A stretch of DNA of 64,000 nucleotides from Dehalococcoidia bacterium (GTDB lineage Bacteria > Chloroflexota > Dehalococcoidia > Lucifugimonadales > Australimonadaceae): positions 234,441 through 298,440 of the forward strand of contig CBDCQO010000012.1 in the NCBI GenBank assembly GCA_965220655.1. Reading direction: 5' to 3'. Position 1 is the stretch's first letter. Each line of letters begins with the position of its first letter. Made by a program: the position numbers and the translations under genes. Below the pieces are notes generated by a model. The model was not told the origin of the DNA. It was given only the letters and a program-made list of their open reading frames with translations, and made no database searches. Shown here one piece after another: positions 1 to 10,406 of this stretch.

Positions 1-39
1 GAGCATCAGGTTCGGTGCCTTCTTGTAGTCAACCCACAT
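1..39 (-). CDS. Probable 5' end of NADH-quinone oxidoreductase subunit L gene (partial, runs off window)
   Basis: ATG at 39..37 lies 10 nt downstream of the nuoK stop (50..52), the slot occupied by nuoL in nuo operons. Only 13 codons (MWVDYKKAPNLML) are visible, so identity is positional inference. Confidence 0.3.
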   Translation of the reverse strand, partial: MWVDYKKAPNLML

Positions 40-49
40 ACGAGCCCCG

Positions 50-394
50 CTAACGCCGCAGCGTGCTCAGGTCTGAGATATGGATCGTGTCGCGCCGCCG
101 GGCCAGCGCGATGATGAGCGCGAGCCCCAGCGCGACCTCCGCCGCCGCCACCACGATGACGAACACCGCCAGCGTCTGCCCCTCCAGCACGAAACGCTCC
201 ACGTCCGTGCCCGCTCCGGGGAACCGCAACGCCGCCGGAACGGTGTAACGCGAGAATGCGACCAGCGCCACGTTCACCGCGTTGAACATGATCTCCACGG
301 ACATGATCACGGCGATGATGTGCCTGCGCGACAGCACCCCGTACAGCCCGATGCAGAACAGGACCGCCGAGATGATGAGCAACCGCTCAAGCAT
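50..394 (-). CDS. nuoK: NADH-quinone oxidoreductase subunit K
   Basis: Track ORF of 114 aa. Small hydrophobic protein with a NuoK-like core (RRHIIAVIMSVEIMFNAVNVALVAF ... AAAEVALGLALI). 8-nt overlap with the nuoJ end. Longer-than-usual loop PAALRFPGAGTDVERFVLEG. Confidence 0.85.
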   Translation of the reverse strand: MLERLLIISAVLFCIGLYGVLSRRHIIAVIMSVEIMFNAVNVALVAFSRYTVPAALRFPGAGTDVERFVLEGQTLAVFVIVVAAAEVALGLALIIALARRRDTIHISDLSTLRR

Positions 395-914
395 CGTGCC
401 GCTCCCGTACGAGCGAAAGCGCTCCGATGACCGCCGCGAGCAGCAGTACGCCCGCGACCTCGAACGCCAGCACGTAGTCGCTCAGCAGCAGCCGTCCCAG
501 CTGCGTCGGCGTCTCCACGAAGACGGTCGCTATCGGCCCCGGCAGCGAGTCCGGCAGCAGCGCCCACTCCGCCTGCACGATGCTGTACGCGAGCGCTCCG
601 AGCAGTGCGATGCCCATCATCAGCGCCACGGGCTGCACGGCGGTCGAGCGGTTCCCGGTGTCCACGTCGCGCGTCATCATCACCGCGAATATCACCAGCA
701 CTGCGATGCCGCCGCCGTACACCAGCACCTGCACGACCGCGAGGAACTCTGCGTTCACCATTGCGAAGATGCCCGCGATGCCCAGGAAACTCACCACCAG
801 CATGAGCGCCGCCCGGAAGATGCTGCGCAGGTGCACCACCAGTGCAGCCGACCCGATGGTGACCACCGCCAGAGCCCAGAACACGATCTCGGAGAAGAGG
901 TTGTCGAACGCCAC
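387..914 (-). CDS. nuoJ: NADH-quinone oxidoreductase subunit J
   Basis: GTG at 914..912, 2 nt after the nuoI stop. Hydrophobic NuoJ-like sequence (FWALAVVTIGSAALVV, VQVLVYGGGIAVLVIFAVMM). The first 151 aa of track ORF 387..1367 are Arg/Gly/Pro-rich and overlap nuoI, so they are rejected. Confidence 0.8.
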   Translation of the reverse strand: MAFDNLFSEIVFWALAVVTIGSAALVVHLRSIFRAALMLVVSFLGIAGIFAMVNAEFLAVVQVLVYGGGIAVLVIFAVMMTRDVDTGNRSTAVQPVALMMGIALLGALAYSIVQAEWALLPDSLPGPIATVFVETPTQLGRLLLSDYVLAFEVAGVLLLAAVIGALSLVRERHDA

Positions 915-916
915 GG

Positions 917-1510
917 CTAACGCTCGCCTCCGTAGTCGCCCGCGGCGCTGGACCGGTGGTCCATCTCTTCCGGCATCTGTCCGGGACGCTTGGGATGCCA
1001 GAGGAACGGCTCGCGCCCGACGTCCTGCCACTCCTGTGGCCCGTCGTGGTGCGGGTCTGCTTTCTCGCGTTCCAGCTGCGGCCGGAACCAGGTGCTCGGG
1101 TGCTTCTCCCGCTCCTTGAGCGTATCGATGTCGATGACGAGGTCTGCCCGGCGGTAGCGCGCCGCTTCGAAACCGGAGCCCATGTGCAGCGCGTCGTAGG
1201 GGCACGCCTCCACGCACAACCCGCAGTACATGCAGCGCGCCTGGTCGATGTCGAACACGTCCACCTTGTAGCTTCCGCCGTCCTGCTCGTTGCCCCCGTC
1301 CGGGTCGGTGACGATGCGGATGATGCCGAGCGGACAGTACTTCGCGCAGCTCGCGCAGCCCGTGCACCGCTGCTCGTACCAGGTGAACTCCTGTCCCCGG
1401 AAGCGGGGGTGCTGGGGGATGCGCGCCTCCGGGTACTGGACGGTGAACGGACGCCGCACGAGGTTACGGAGCGTCACGCCCAGCCCGCGCAGGATGCCTT
1501 CGCCGTACAT
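917..1510 (-). CDS. nuoI: NADH-quinone oxidoreductase subunit I (2x[4Fe-4S])
   Basis: ATG at 1510..1508 (ATGA overlap with the nuoH stop). Two ferredoxin motifs, CTGCASCAKYCP and CMYCGLCVEACP. About 55 aa of charged C-terminal extension. Confidence 0.9.
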   Translation of the reverse strand: MYGEGILRGLGVTLRNLVRRPFTVQYPEARIPQHPRFRGQEFTWYEQRCTGCASCAKYCPLGIIRIVTDPDGGNEQDGGSYKVDVFDIDQARCMYCGLCVEACPYDALHMGSGFEAARYRRADLVIDIDTLKEREKHPSTWFRPQLEREKADPHHDGPQEWQDVGREPFLWHPKRPGQMPEEMDHRSSAAGDYGGER

Positions 1511-2682
1511 CAGCGGCCCTCCGTCGAGAACGCCGCTGCTACCGGCGGCGCGGTGCGCAGCGACACGACCTTCGACCAGAGCACTGCCGCCGGTATCGTG
1601 ACCGCCCAGTTGATCGCCGCCATGATGCCCAGCTCCGCCGCGCCGGGCTCCGGCCACACGATGACCTCCGCCGCAAGCAGCAACACGTTGATCAGGCTCA
1701 GCGGGAAGAGGTACTTCCACGCGACCGCGAGTATCTGGTCGAGCCGGTATCGCGGCAATGTTGCCCGCACCCATATCGCGACGAACACGAACAATGCCAC
1801 CTTCACGAGGAACCAGACGTGGGACGGCAGGATCGGCCACTTCCAGCCCTGCAGGAACAGAACGGCGAAGATCGCTCCTGCCACGACGGTGTTCGTGAAC
1901 TCCGCCAGCATGAACACGCCGTACTTCATGCCGCTGTACTCGGTCATGTAGCCGGCGACCAGCTCCGACTCCGCCTCTGTCACGTCGAACGGCGCGCGGT
2001 TCAGCTCCGCCGATACGGCTGCGAGGAAGATCAGCGCTCCCAGCGGCGTCACGAGCAGGAACGGGAGCGCCTGCGCTTCGACGATTGAGACCAGCGACAT
2101 GGACTGCGCCAGCACCGTGACGCCGAGCAGCGCCATCACTAGCGGCACCTCGTAGCTCACCAGCATCGCCACTGCGCGCATGCTCCCGAACAGCGAGAAG
2201 CTGTTGGGCGACGCGTACCCCGCCATCATCACCGCGATTGTCGAGATGCCGCTCACCGCTGCGATGTACAGCACCGCGATGTTCAGGTCGGCCACCCACG
2301 AGCCCGCGCCGAACGGGATGACCGCCAGCACGAGCAGCGTCGGAGCGAGCATGACCACGGGCGCGAGCGTGAACACGATGCGGTCGGCGCCCAGCGCGAT
2401 GATGTCTTCTTTCGTGATGAGCTTGATCGCGTCGGCTATCGGCTGGAGCACGCCGAACGGCCCCGCTCGGTTCGGTCCGAGTCTTCCCTGGAAGCGCCCG
2501 AGCAGCCTGCGCTCGAACCACGTGTACAGCGTCCCGATAAGCATGACGGCGTTCGTGACCAGCAGGATGATGGCCATCCCCGCAGCCGCGTATGCGACCC
2601 ATGACCACTCTTCGCCCAGCAGCTCCTGCACGAACTCGTAGACGTTCCGGTAGATGACGTTCCCTGCGAGCGTCTCGCCCAT
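1510..2682 (-). CDS. nuoH: NADH-quinone oxidoreductase subunit H
   Basis: Track ORF of 390 aa, a polytopic membrane protein. ND1/NuoH signatures FERRLLGRFQGRLGPNRAGPFG and APFDVTEAESELVAGY. Confidence 0.93.
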   Translation of the reverse strand: MGETLAGNVIYRNVYEFVQELLGEEWSWVAYAAAGMAIILLVTNAVMLIGTLYTWFERRLLGRFQGRLGPNRAGPFGVLQPIADAIKLITKEDIIALGADRIVFTLAPVVMLAPTLLVLAVIPFGAGSWVADLNIAVLYIAAVSGISTIAVMMAGYASPNSFSLFGSMRAVAMLVSYEVPLVMALLGVTVLAQSMSLVSIVEAQALPFLLVTPLGALIFLAAVSAELNRAPFDVTEAESELVAGYMTEYSGMKYGVFMLAEFTNTVVAGAIFAVLFLQGWKWPILPSHVWFLVKVALFVFVAIWVRATLPRYRLDQILAVAWKYLFPLSLINVLLLAAEVIVWPEPGAAELGIMAAINWAVTIPAAVLWSKVVSLRTAPPVAAAFSTEGR

Positions 2683-3788
2683 CAGCGGTCAACCTCGCCC
2701 ATGTTGAAGTCGAGGCTGCCGAGCGTCACGATGGCGTCCGCCAGCTTCCATCCCACGAGCATCTCCCGGAACAGCGTGAGGCTCATGAAGGACGGGGAGC
2801 GCACGTGGCAGCGGTACGGCGCTATCGTGCCGTCGCTCACCAGGTAGAACCCCAGTTCGCCCTTGGGAGCCTCGATGGGCACGTACGACTCGCCCGGCGG
2901 TGGACGGAACAGCATCGCCATCGTCGTCCGCACCGGCCCCGGCTCGATCTGCTCGCAGCACTGCTCGATGATGCGGAGCGACTGCCGCACCTCCAGCATC
3001 CGCACCCAGAACCGGTCGTAGTTGTCGCCGCCCTCGCACGTCGGCACGTCGAACTCGACGCGGTCGTAGACGTCGTAGGGCGCCGCCTTGCGCCAGTCCC
3101 ACTCGACGCCGGACGCCCGCAGGATGGGGCCCGTGAACGACGCCGCAACGGCGTCCTCCGCTGAGACCGGCGCGACCCCTATCGCGCGGCTCCGCACGAT
3201 CTCGCTGTCGAAGACCAGCGCCTGCAGCTCGTCGGCATAGCCCGGCATGTCGTTCAGGAAGGAGCGCAGCGCGGGCCAGAACTCGTCCGGCGCGTCCTGC
3301 AGCACGCCCCCGATGCGCATGTAGGAGAGCGTGATGCGCGCACCGCACAGCATCTCGAACATGTCCAGGATGCGCTCGCGCTCACGGAACGCGTACATCA
3401 GCGCCGTTCCCCCGAACACGCCGAGTTCCTGCAGGAAGAACCCCACGCCGATGAGGTGGCTCGCGATGCGCTGCAGCTCCGCGGCGATGACGCGCAGGTA
3501 CATCCCGCGCTCGGGAGGATCGATGCCCACCAGACGCTCGCACGAGAGCACGTACGCCTGGTTGTTCGTCATCGACGCGACGTAGTCCAGCCGGTCGGTG
3601 AGCGTGATGACCTGTGTGTACTGCCGCTCCTCCGCCAGCTTCTCCGTGCCCCGGTGCAGGTAGCCGATGACCGGCTCGGCGTCGAGGATGTTCTCCCCGT
3701 CGAACGTCAGTTTCATGCGGAACACGCCGTGAGTGCTGGGGTGATGCGGCCCCACGTTGACGACGACCGGCTCGGTGCGCATCGTCAT
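2682..3788 (-). CDS. nuoD: NADH-quinone oxidoreductase subunit D
   Basis: ATG at 3788..3786, 2 nt after the nuoC stop. Signatures NVGPHHPSTHGVFR, YLHRGTEKLAE, RCHVRSPSF. The stop overlaps the nuoH start (ATGA at 2682), leaving no room for nuoEFG. Confidence 0.93.
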   Translation of the reverse strand: MTMRTEPVVVNVGPHHPSTHGVFRMKLTFDGENILDAEPVIGYLHRGTEKLAEERQYTQVITLTDRLDYVASMTNNQAYVLSCERLVGIDPPERGMYLRVIAAELQRIASHLIGVGFFLQELGVFGGTALMYAFRERERILDMFEMLCGARITLSYMRIGGVLQDAPDEFWPALRSFLNDMPGYADELQALVFDSEIVRSRAIGVAPVSAEDAVAASFTGPILRASGVEWDWRKAAPYDVYDRVEFDVPTCEGGDNYDRFWVRMLEVRQSLRIIEQCCEQIEPGPVRTTMAMLFRPPPGESYVPIEAPKGELGFYLVSDGTIAPYRCHVRSPSFMSLTLFREMLVGWKLADAIVTLGSLDFNMGEVDR

Positions 3789-3790
3789 CG

Positions 3791-4267
3791 CTAGCCCCCC
3801 TGCGGCCACGAGTACGGGAGCGGCGGCTCCAGGTAGTCCCGGCGCAGCGGGTGGCCCTGGAACCCTTCCCAGGTGAGGATCCTTCTCAGATTGGGGTGGC
3901 CGTCGAAACCCACGCCCATCAGGTCCCATGCTTCCCGCTCCTGGAGCGTCGCGCCGCGCCACACGCCCGTGACGCTTGGCAGCGAGACGTCGTCGCGCCC
4001 GTATACCCGCGCCTTCAGGATGGCGGTCGCGTTCCTGCTGATGGACGTGAGGTGGTAGACCACCTCGAAGTACTCGACGTAGTCCACAGCCGTGAGCGAA
4101 CCCAGCATCTTGTAATCGTGCTCGGAGTCGTCACGGAGGAACGCGCACACGTCCGCTATCGCGCTTGGCTCCACCCACACCGCGCTCTCGTCCGAGTCGA
4201 CGACGGCGTCCGGGAACCGGGAGCGCAGCGACTCGGCGAGAGCGTTGCCTGCCGTGGCGGTCGTCAT
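3791..4267 (-). CDS. nuoC: NADH-quinone oxidoreductase subunit C
   Basis: ATG at 4267..4265 (ATGA overlap with the nuoB stop). 30-kDa subunit pattern [29 protein letters not shown]. Confidence 0.88.
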   Translation of the reverse strand: MTTATAGNALAESLRSRFPDAVVDSDESAVWVEPSAIADVCAFLRDDSEHDYKMLGSLTAVDYVEYFEVVYHLTSISRNATAILKARVYGRDDVSLPSVTGVWRGATLQEREAWDLMGVGFDGHPNLRRILTWEGFQGHPLRRDYLEPPLPYSWPQGG

Positions 4268-4938
4268 GCGCGGTCCACTCCCGCGGCGTCTTGTCCGACG
4301 CTGTACCGCTTGATCTTCTCGTGCAACTGCATGATGCCGTAGAGCAGGGCGTCGGGACGGGGTGGGCAGCCCGGCACGTACACGTCCACCGGCACGATGT
4401 GGTTCACGCCCGGCACGACGCTGTAACCCTGGTAGTACGGGCCGCCGCTGGTCGCGCAGACGCCCATCGCGATGACCCACTTCGGCTCCGCCATCTGGTC
4501 GTAGATGCGGCGCACCGCGGGCGCCATCTTCCACGTGAGCGTTCCGGACACGATGAGCAGGTCGGCCTGGCGAGGCGTCGCGCGCATCGCCTCCATCCCG
4601 AACCGCGCGAGGTCGAAGCGCGACATCGCCGAGGCGATCATCTCGAACACGCAGCACGCGAGCCCGAATGCCACCGGCCACACTGCTGAGCGGCGGCCCC
4701 AGTTGAGCAGCGCGTCAACGGACGTGACGGCCACGTTGCGCGCGATATCTTCCGGTATCTGGATGGCGGGGTCGGGGAACGCTTCCTGCGCGTTCCACTT
4801 CAACTGCTCGACCGCTTCGCCCTCGATGCGGTCGATGTCCCAGCCGGGCATCGTCTGCCCGTAGACCGCGCTGGGCTCCTCCGCTCCGGTCAGGAGAGAA
4901 GGCATGGGCAGAGGGGCGTGCTCGTGCGGGTTGACCAT
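4264..4938 (-). CDS. nuoB: NADH-quinone oxidoreductase subunit B
   Basis: ATG at 4938..4936 preceded by GGAGGA (complement of 4955..4960). Cluster-N2 context [22 protein letters not shown]. Unusually long (~95 aa) region before GLACC. Confidence 0.9.
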   Translation of the reverse strand: MVNPHEHAPLPMPSLLTGAEEPSAVYGQTMPGWDIDRIEGEAVEQLKWNAQEAFPDPAIQIPEDIARNVAVTSVDALLNWGRRSAVWPVAFGLACCVFEMIASAMSRFDLARFGMEAMRATPRQADLLIVSGTLTWKMAPAVRRIYDQMAEPKWVIAMGVCATSGGPYYQGYSVVPGVNHIVPVDVYVPGCPPRPDALLYGIMQLHEKIKRYSVGQDAAGVDRA

Positions 4939-5053
4939 GGCCTGCTCGGCTGATTCCTCCCCGGCGGGGTTTGGACCCCGCGGATTCAGGGGTGACCACG
5001 AGCGCGAGCATAGCACAGCAGGTGCGTAAGTGAAACGCTGCACAATCAGTCTC

Positions 5054-5080
5054 GTCGTTCCTGCGGAGGCAGGAACCTCG
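5054..5080. repeat. Short palindromic repeat, family B copy 1
   Basis: Perfect hairpin gttcctgc-ggag-gcaggaac within cgtcgttcctgcggaggcaggaacctcg. The same 27-mer, with one loop change, recurs at 25155..25181. Confidence 0.8.
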
Positions 5081-5112
5081 ATCCCGATCCCTCTTCTGCT
5101 AGGCTATGCCGC

Positions 5113-5760
5113 ATGGATGACGCAACCGGCAGCATGCAGTCCCGCATCGACGAGATAGCCGCCCGTTCACTCGACGAGTTTCGTGCCAAACACGAACGGC
5201 GTGAGCAGGCGATCAAGGTCTCTCGCGAGGTCGTGCGGACGTCGGCCAACGCCATACGTGCCATCCACCGCAATGAGCTTGACGAGGCGCGTGAACTCAT
5301 CGCGGCGGCTGGCGCTCTGGTGCGCGAGACCCAGCAGACCCTTGAGGGCCACGCGGACCTCTACTTCACCGGCTACACCCAGGACGCGCAAAAGGAGTAC
5401 GCGGAGGCGTGCGCCGTATTCGCGTTCATCGCCCGTACGGAACTGCCGCTCCCCGGGGACATCGGCGTCGAGACGCCCTCGTTTCTCAACGGGCTCGCCG
5501 AGGCCGCGAGCGAACTCCGGCGCTACATCCTCGACTCCCTCCGCCGCGACGACGACTCGCGCGCCGAGGAGTTGATGCGCTACATGGACGACGTCTACAA
5601 CATCCTCGTCGTCATGGACTTCCCGGACGCGCTCACCTCCGGCCTTCGACGCACCACCGACCAGCTCCGCGGCGTCCTCGAGCGCACCCGCGGCGACCTC
5701 ACCATGACCATGCGCCAGCGCCGCCTGGAGCGCCTGCTCAACAACCGCTCAGACGCGTGA
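5113..5760 (+). CDS. Translin-family-like protein (tentative)
   Basis: Track ORF of 215 aa that looks helical. FLNGLAEAASELRRYILDSL resembles the translin/TRAX GL.D..GEL.R segment, and YTQDAQKEYAEA the preceding helix. The family call is from memory of Pfam PF01997 and needs HMM confirmation. Confidence 0.6.
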   Translation: MDDATGSMQSRIDEIAARSLDEFRAKHERREQAIKVSREVVRTSANAIRAIHRNELDEARELIAAAGALVRETQQTLEGHADLYFTGYTQDAQKEYAEACAVFAFIARTELPLPGDIGVETPSFLNGLAEAASELRRYILDSLRRDDDSRAEELMRYMDDVYNILVVMDFPDALTSGLRRTTDQLRGVLERTRGDLTMTMRQRRLERLLNNRSDA

Positions 5761-5787
5761 GAGCACGGCGCGCGCCGTGTCGCCGGT

Positions 5788-5817
5788 TTGACCTGAAGGC
5801 GCTCTGGCGGAGACAAT
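5788..5817 (+). promoter_or_regulatory. Candidate hppA promoter
   Basis: TTGACC (5788..5793) - 18 nt - GACAAT (5812..5817), ~75 nt upstream of the hppA ATG. The same TTGACC -35 form recurs at 25663, at 50292..50297 (minus strand) and at 63890. Confidence 0.35.
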
Positions 5818-5892
5818 AGCCCACTGCCGGTATCCGGCGAGAATCACATGTGCGGGGCAGTGGTGGGCCGTGCCCATGCCCCCGGGAGGTAG

Positions 5893-7971
<2,079 letters not shown>

Positions 7972-7993
7972 GAGCGGAGAGTCTGCGAGGATC

Positions 7994-8030
7994 AACGGGG
8001 CGGTTGCGCGTGCAGCCGCCCCGTTCGTTT
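7994..8030 (+). terminator. Intrinsic-terminator-like hairpin after hppA
   Basis: aacggggcgg (7994..8003) / ccgccccgtt (8016..8025) form a perfect 10-bp stem with a 12-nt loop, followed by cgtttct. It lies 22 nt after the hppA stop. Confidence 0.6.
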
Positions 8031-8049
8031 CTGACCACGGAGGAGAGAT

Positions 8050-8850
8050 ATGGACCTCGGCATAACCGGCAAGCGAGCGCTCGTAACCGGCGGGACGCGC
8101 GGCATCGGCTACGCTATCGCCTGGGAACTGGCGCGCGAGGGCGCGGACGTGGCCCTCTGCGCCCGCGACGAGTCCGCAGCCCGCGACGTCGCCGCTGAGA
8201 TCGCAGCCGGGACCGGCGTGCGCGTCGTCGGCTTCCGAGCCGACACCGGCATCGCGGAAGACGTGATGCGGCTCGTGGCGGACACGGCGGACACGCTTGG
8301 CGGGCTGGACATCCTCGTGAACAATGCCGCGCGCGTCGGTTTCGCCGGCGGCCCGGACACCCTCACGCAGCTGAACGAGGAGATGCTGCGTGACGACTTC
8401 GACGTGAAGATCATGGGCTACCTGCGCTGCGCTCAGCAGGCTGCCCCCTACATGGAACGCGCTGAGTGGGGGCGCATCGTCAACATGGACGGCATGGCCG
8501 CGCGCAACGCCGCGGGCATCAGTGGCGGCCTGCGCAACGCCGCCGTCATGAACTTCACGAAGGTCATGTCCGAGGAGCTTGGCCCCAAGGGCATCACCGT
8601 CAACGCCGTTCACCCCGCCTTGAGCAGGACCGAGGCCTTGGTCGAGCGCCTCGAAGGCACCGCCGAACGCGAGGGCATCACGCTCGCGGAGGCGGAGCAG
8701 CGCATCGCCAGGAACAACGCCATCCGCCGCCTCGTCACCGTGGAAGAGATAGCGGCGGTCGTCGTCTTCCTCTGCTCTGAGCAGGCGGGCTGCATCACCG
8801 GCGAGGCCGTCGCACCCGCGGGTGGCAACTCCCGCGCCGTGTTCTACTAG
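8050..8850 (+). CDS. SDR-family protein, atypical active site
   Basis: Track ORF of 266 aa with SD GGAGGAGAG. Rossmann TGGTRGIG and NNAA motifs of classical SDRs. No YxxxK is found, and by-eye alignment puts G/G/N at the catalytic Ser/Tyr/Lys positions. Confidence 0.8.
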   Translation: MDLGITGKRALVTGGTRGIGYAIAWELAREGADVALCARDESAARDVAAEIAAGTGVRVVGFRADTGIAEDVMRLVADTADTLGGLDILVNNAARVGFAGGPDTLTQLNEEMLRDDFDVKIMGYLRCAQQAAPYMERAEWGRIVNMDGMAARNAAGISGGLRNAAVMNFTKVMSEELGPKGITVNAVHPALSRTEALVERLEGTAEREGITLAEAEQRIARNNAIRRLVTVEEIAAVVVFLCSEQAGCITGEAVAPAGGNSRAVFY

Positions 8851-8873
8851 CTGGCTCCTTGGCAAGTGCGGTG

Positions 8874-9911
8874 ATGCCGGGAACTCTCCACGAACAAGCG
8901 TTAGACACTCTCCAAAAGCGCATTGAAGGTGCGTTGGGGAAGGAACTGATTGCCCAGGTCAACTGTAAGGAGTACCACGAGACGCACTCTTTCGACCTGG
9001 TGCGCGATGTGGCGAGCGTGAGGCGGAACCTCACCCTGCCGGGGTGTCGACCGGACTTGGTACTCCTCAACGAAGAGGGAGAGGTACTGTCCCTCGTTGA
9101 GGTTGTTGTCTCGCACGCTCCGGAGCGAAATGTCCACCGCTATGCGATTGAGCATGGACTACAGATTGTTGAGTTCCACCTGCCGCCGCCTCAGGAGACG
9201 GACTACTGGGGCCGAAAGACCCGCAAAACTTCGGACGAGGCGGTTCTAATCAAGCGCGCCTTGGAGAACTTTCGGTCAGGCCCGCTGCTGGTGGACGACC
9301 ACAACTTGCTGTGTCAGCGTCCTCGGTGTGATTCCAACCATCCCCTGCCACTTCGGACAGTGCATGTTCAGGTAAAGGATTGCTGGAAGTGTGATAAGGC
9401 CTTGAAGGTAGCCGTGGGGATCAAGGACGAGGAGCATTTGTACCCAGACGATTTCACTCCTGACGAACGAGAGTTTGCACAGCAGAATGGAGTAATCCTT
9501 CAGACGAGGTTCAGTGCTACGGCACGACAGCGCTATCTGGCCAACGTGTGCGGGGAATGCGACCAGATACAAGGGCAGTTCTACCTCTTCATGGATCCAT
9601 ACCACGACGCGTATAGGTACGGGGTGGTTGAGCGCAAGGAGTACGGGCCTTGCGATGAGTGCGCTAAGAGATACTGTCAGATTCCTGACCACGGGGAGTA
9701 CATAGACCACGAAGACCGAGGCTGCCCCGTATGTCGCTATTTGGCGGAGTCGGTGATGTGCCATCATCGCCAAGATCGAGAGTGCTTCTATCCGGACACT
9801 TGCCAGGAGCAAGGTTGCTACTTCCAACGCCGAGAGGCATCCCAGCGTACAGCAGCCCTTGAGTACGAACAGGCGCGCCGAGCGGAAGAAGCACGTCGAC
9901 ATGAACAGTAG
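8874..9911 (+). CDS. Hypothetical protein: CoiA-like/PD-(D/E)xK-like N-domain + multi-zinc-ribbon C-half, on a low-GC island
   Basis: ATG at 8874 (the track ORF starts at TTG 8859). G+C is 30/60 at 9361..9420 versus 40/60 at 8701..8760. RPDLVLL...SLVEVVVSH fits a D...E(x3)S nuclease core. Cys pairs include CQRPRC, CWKC, CGEC, CDEC, CPVC and more. Charged C-terminal tail. Confidence 0.7.
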   Translation: MPGTLHEQALDTLQKRIEGALGKELIAQVNCKEYHETHSFDLVRDVASVRRNLTLPGCRPDLVLLNEEGEVLSLVEVVVSHAPERNVHRYAIEHGLQIVEFHLPPPQETDYWGRKTRKTSDEAVLIKRALENFRSGPLLVDDHNLLCQRPRCDSNHPLPLRTVHVQVKDCWKCDKALKVAVGIKDEEHLYPDDFTPDEREFAQQNGVILQTRFSATARQRYLANVCGECDQIQGQFYLFMDPYHDAYRYGVVERKEYGPCDECAKRYCQIPDHGEYIDHEDRGCPVCRYLAESVMCHHRQDRECFYPDTCQEQGCYFQRREASQRTAALEYEQARRAEEARRHEQ

Positions 9912-10016
9912 AGAACAGCAAGATAGAGAATGGGCAGAGTTCAATGAGTGGCTCAAAGCGAGTAGGAAAGACCCTGATGAGCGGGCATAGCCAAGAACGG
10001 CACGAGGGTTAGCGCC

Positions 10017-10403
10017 ATGCCCCGCACGAACGTCAGCGGCAACAGCCCCTACGAAGGCTCAATAGGCTTCTCCCGCGCTGTGCGGGTAGGGAACGCCGTC
10101 TACGTCTCCGGCACCGTCGCGACCGCAGCCGACGGCTCCGTGGCGGGCGTCGGCGACGCCTACGTGCAGGCCGTGCAGACGCTCCGCAACATCGAGGCCG
10201 CGCTGCAGAAGGCGGGAGCCTCGCTCGCCGACGTGGTGCGTACGCGGATGTACGTCACGGACATCGCCAACTGGGAGGCGGTAGCTCGCGCCCACGGCGA
10301 GTTCTTCCGCGACGTACGCCCCGCCTCCACGCTCGTCGAGGTGAGCCGCCTCATCGACCCCGCGATGCTCGTCGAGATCGAGGCCGACGCCCTCATGGAG
10401 TAA
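10017..10403 (+). CDS. RidA/YjgF-family protein
   Basis: Track ORF of 128 aa. Family pattern [27 protein letters not shown]. Confidence 0.85.
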   Translation: MPRTNVSGNSPYEGSIGFSRAVRVGNAVYVSGTVATAADGSVAGVGDAYVQAVQTLRNIEAALQKAGASLADVVRTRMYVTDIANWEAVARAHGEFFRDVRPASTLVEVSRLIDPAMLVEIEADALME

Positions 10404-10406
10404 TGC

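Noticed and set aside
917-2692. 591-aa track ORF spanning nuoI plus an N-terminal 394 aa that overlap nuoH. Analogous over-extended ORFs lie at 387..1367, 2682..3962, 3791..4681, 4264..5043, 10407..11852, 15726..16907, 26611..27861, 27891..28937, 31861..34203, 44885..46120 and 56968..58167.
   Set aside because: The conserved protein begins at an internal start that abuts or overlaps the previous gene's stop, often with an SD. The upstream extensions are low-complexity and overlap neighbouring genes.
8857-8863. Idea that CCTTGG/CCAAGG motifs mark the borders of the low-GC island and link it to the 25.4-kb and 43.9-kb spacers
   Set aside because: The hexamer also occurs inside ordinary coding sequence (for example 8633, 15125, 15495, 19733). 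It is not specific enough without a genome-wide count.
9913-9990. Alternative-frame peptide [25 protein letters not shown] immediately after the stop of the low-GC gene
   Set aside because: It has no start codon or SD of its own and is only 26 codons long. It may be a decayed C-terminal extension, so it is mentioned under the island finding and not called as a gene.
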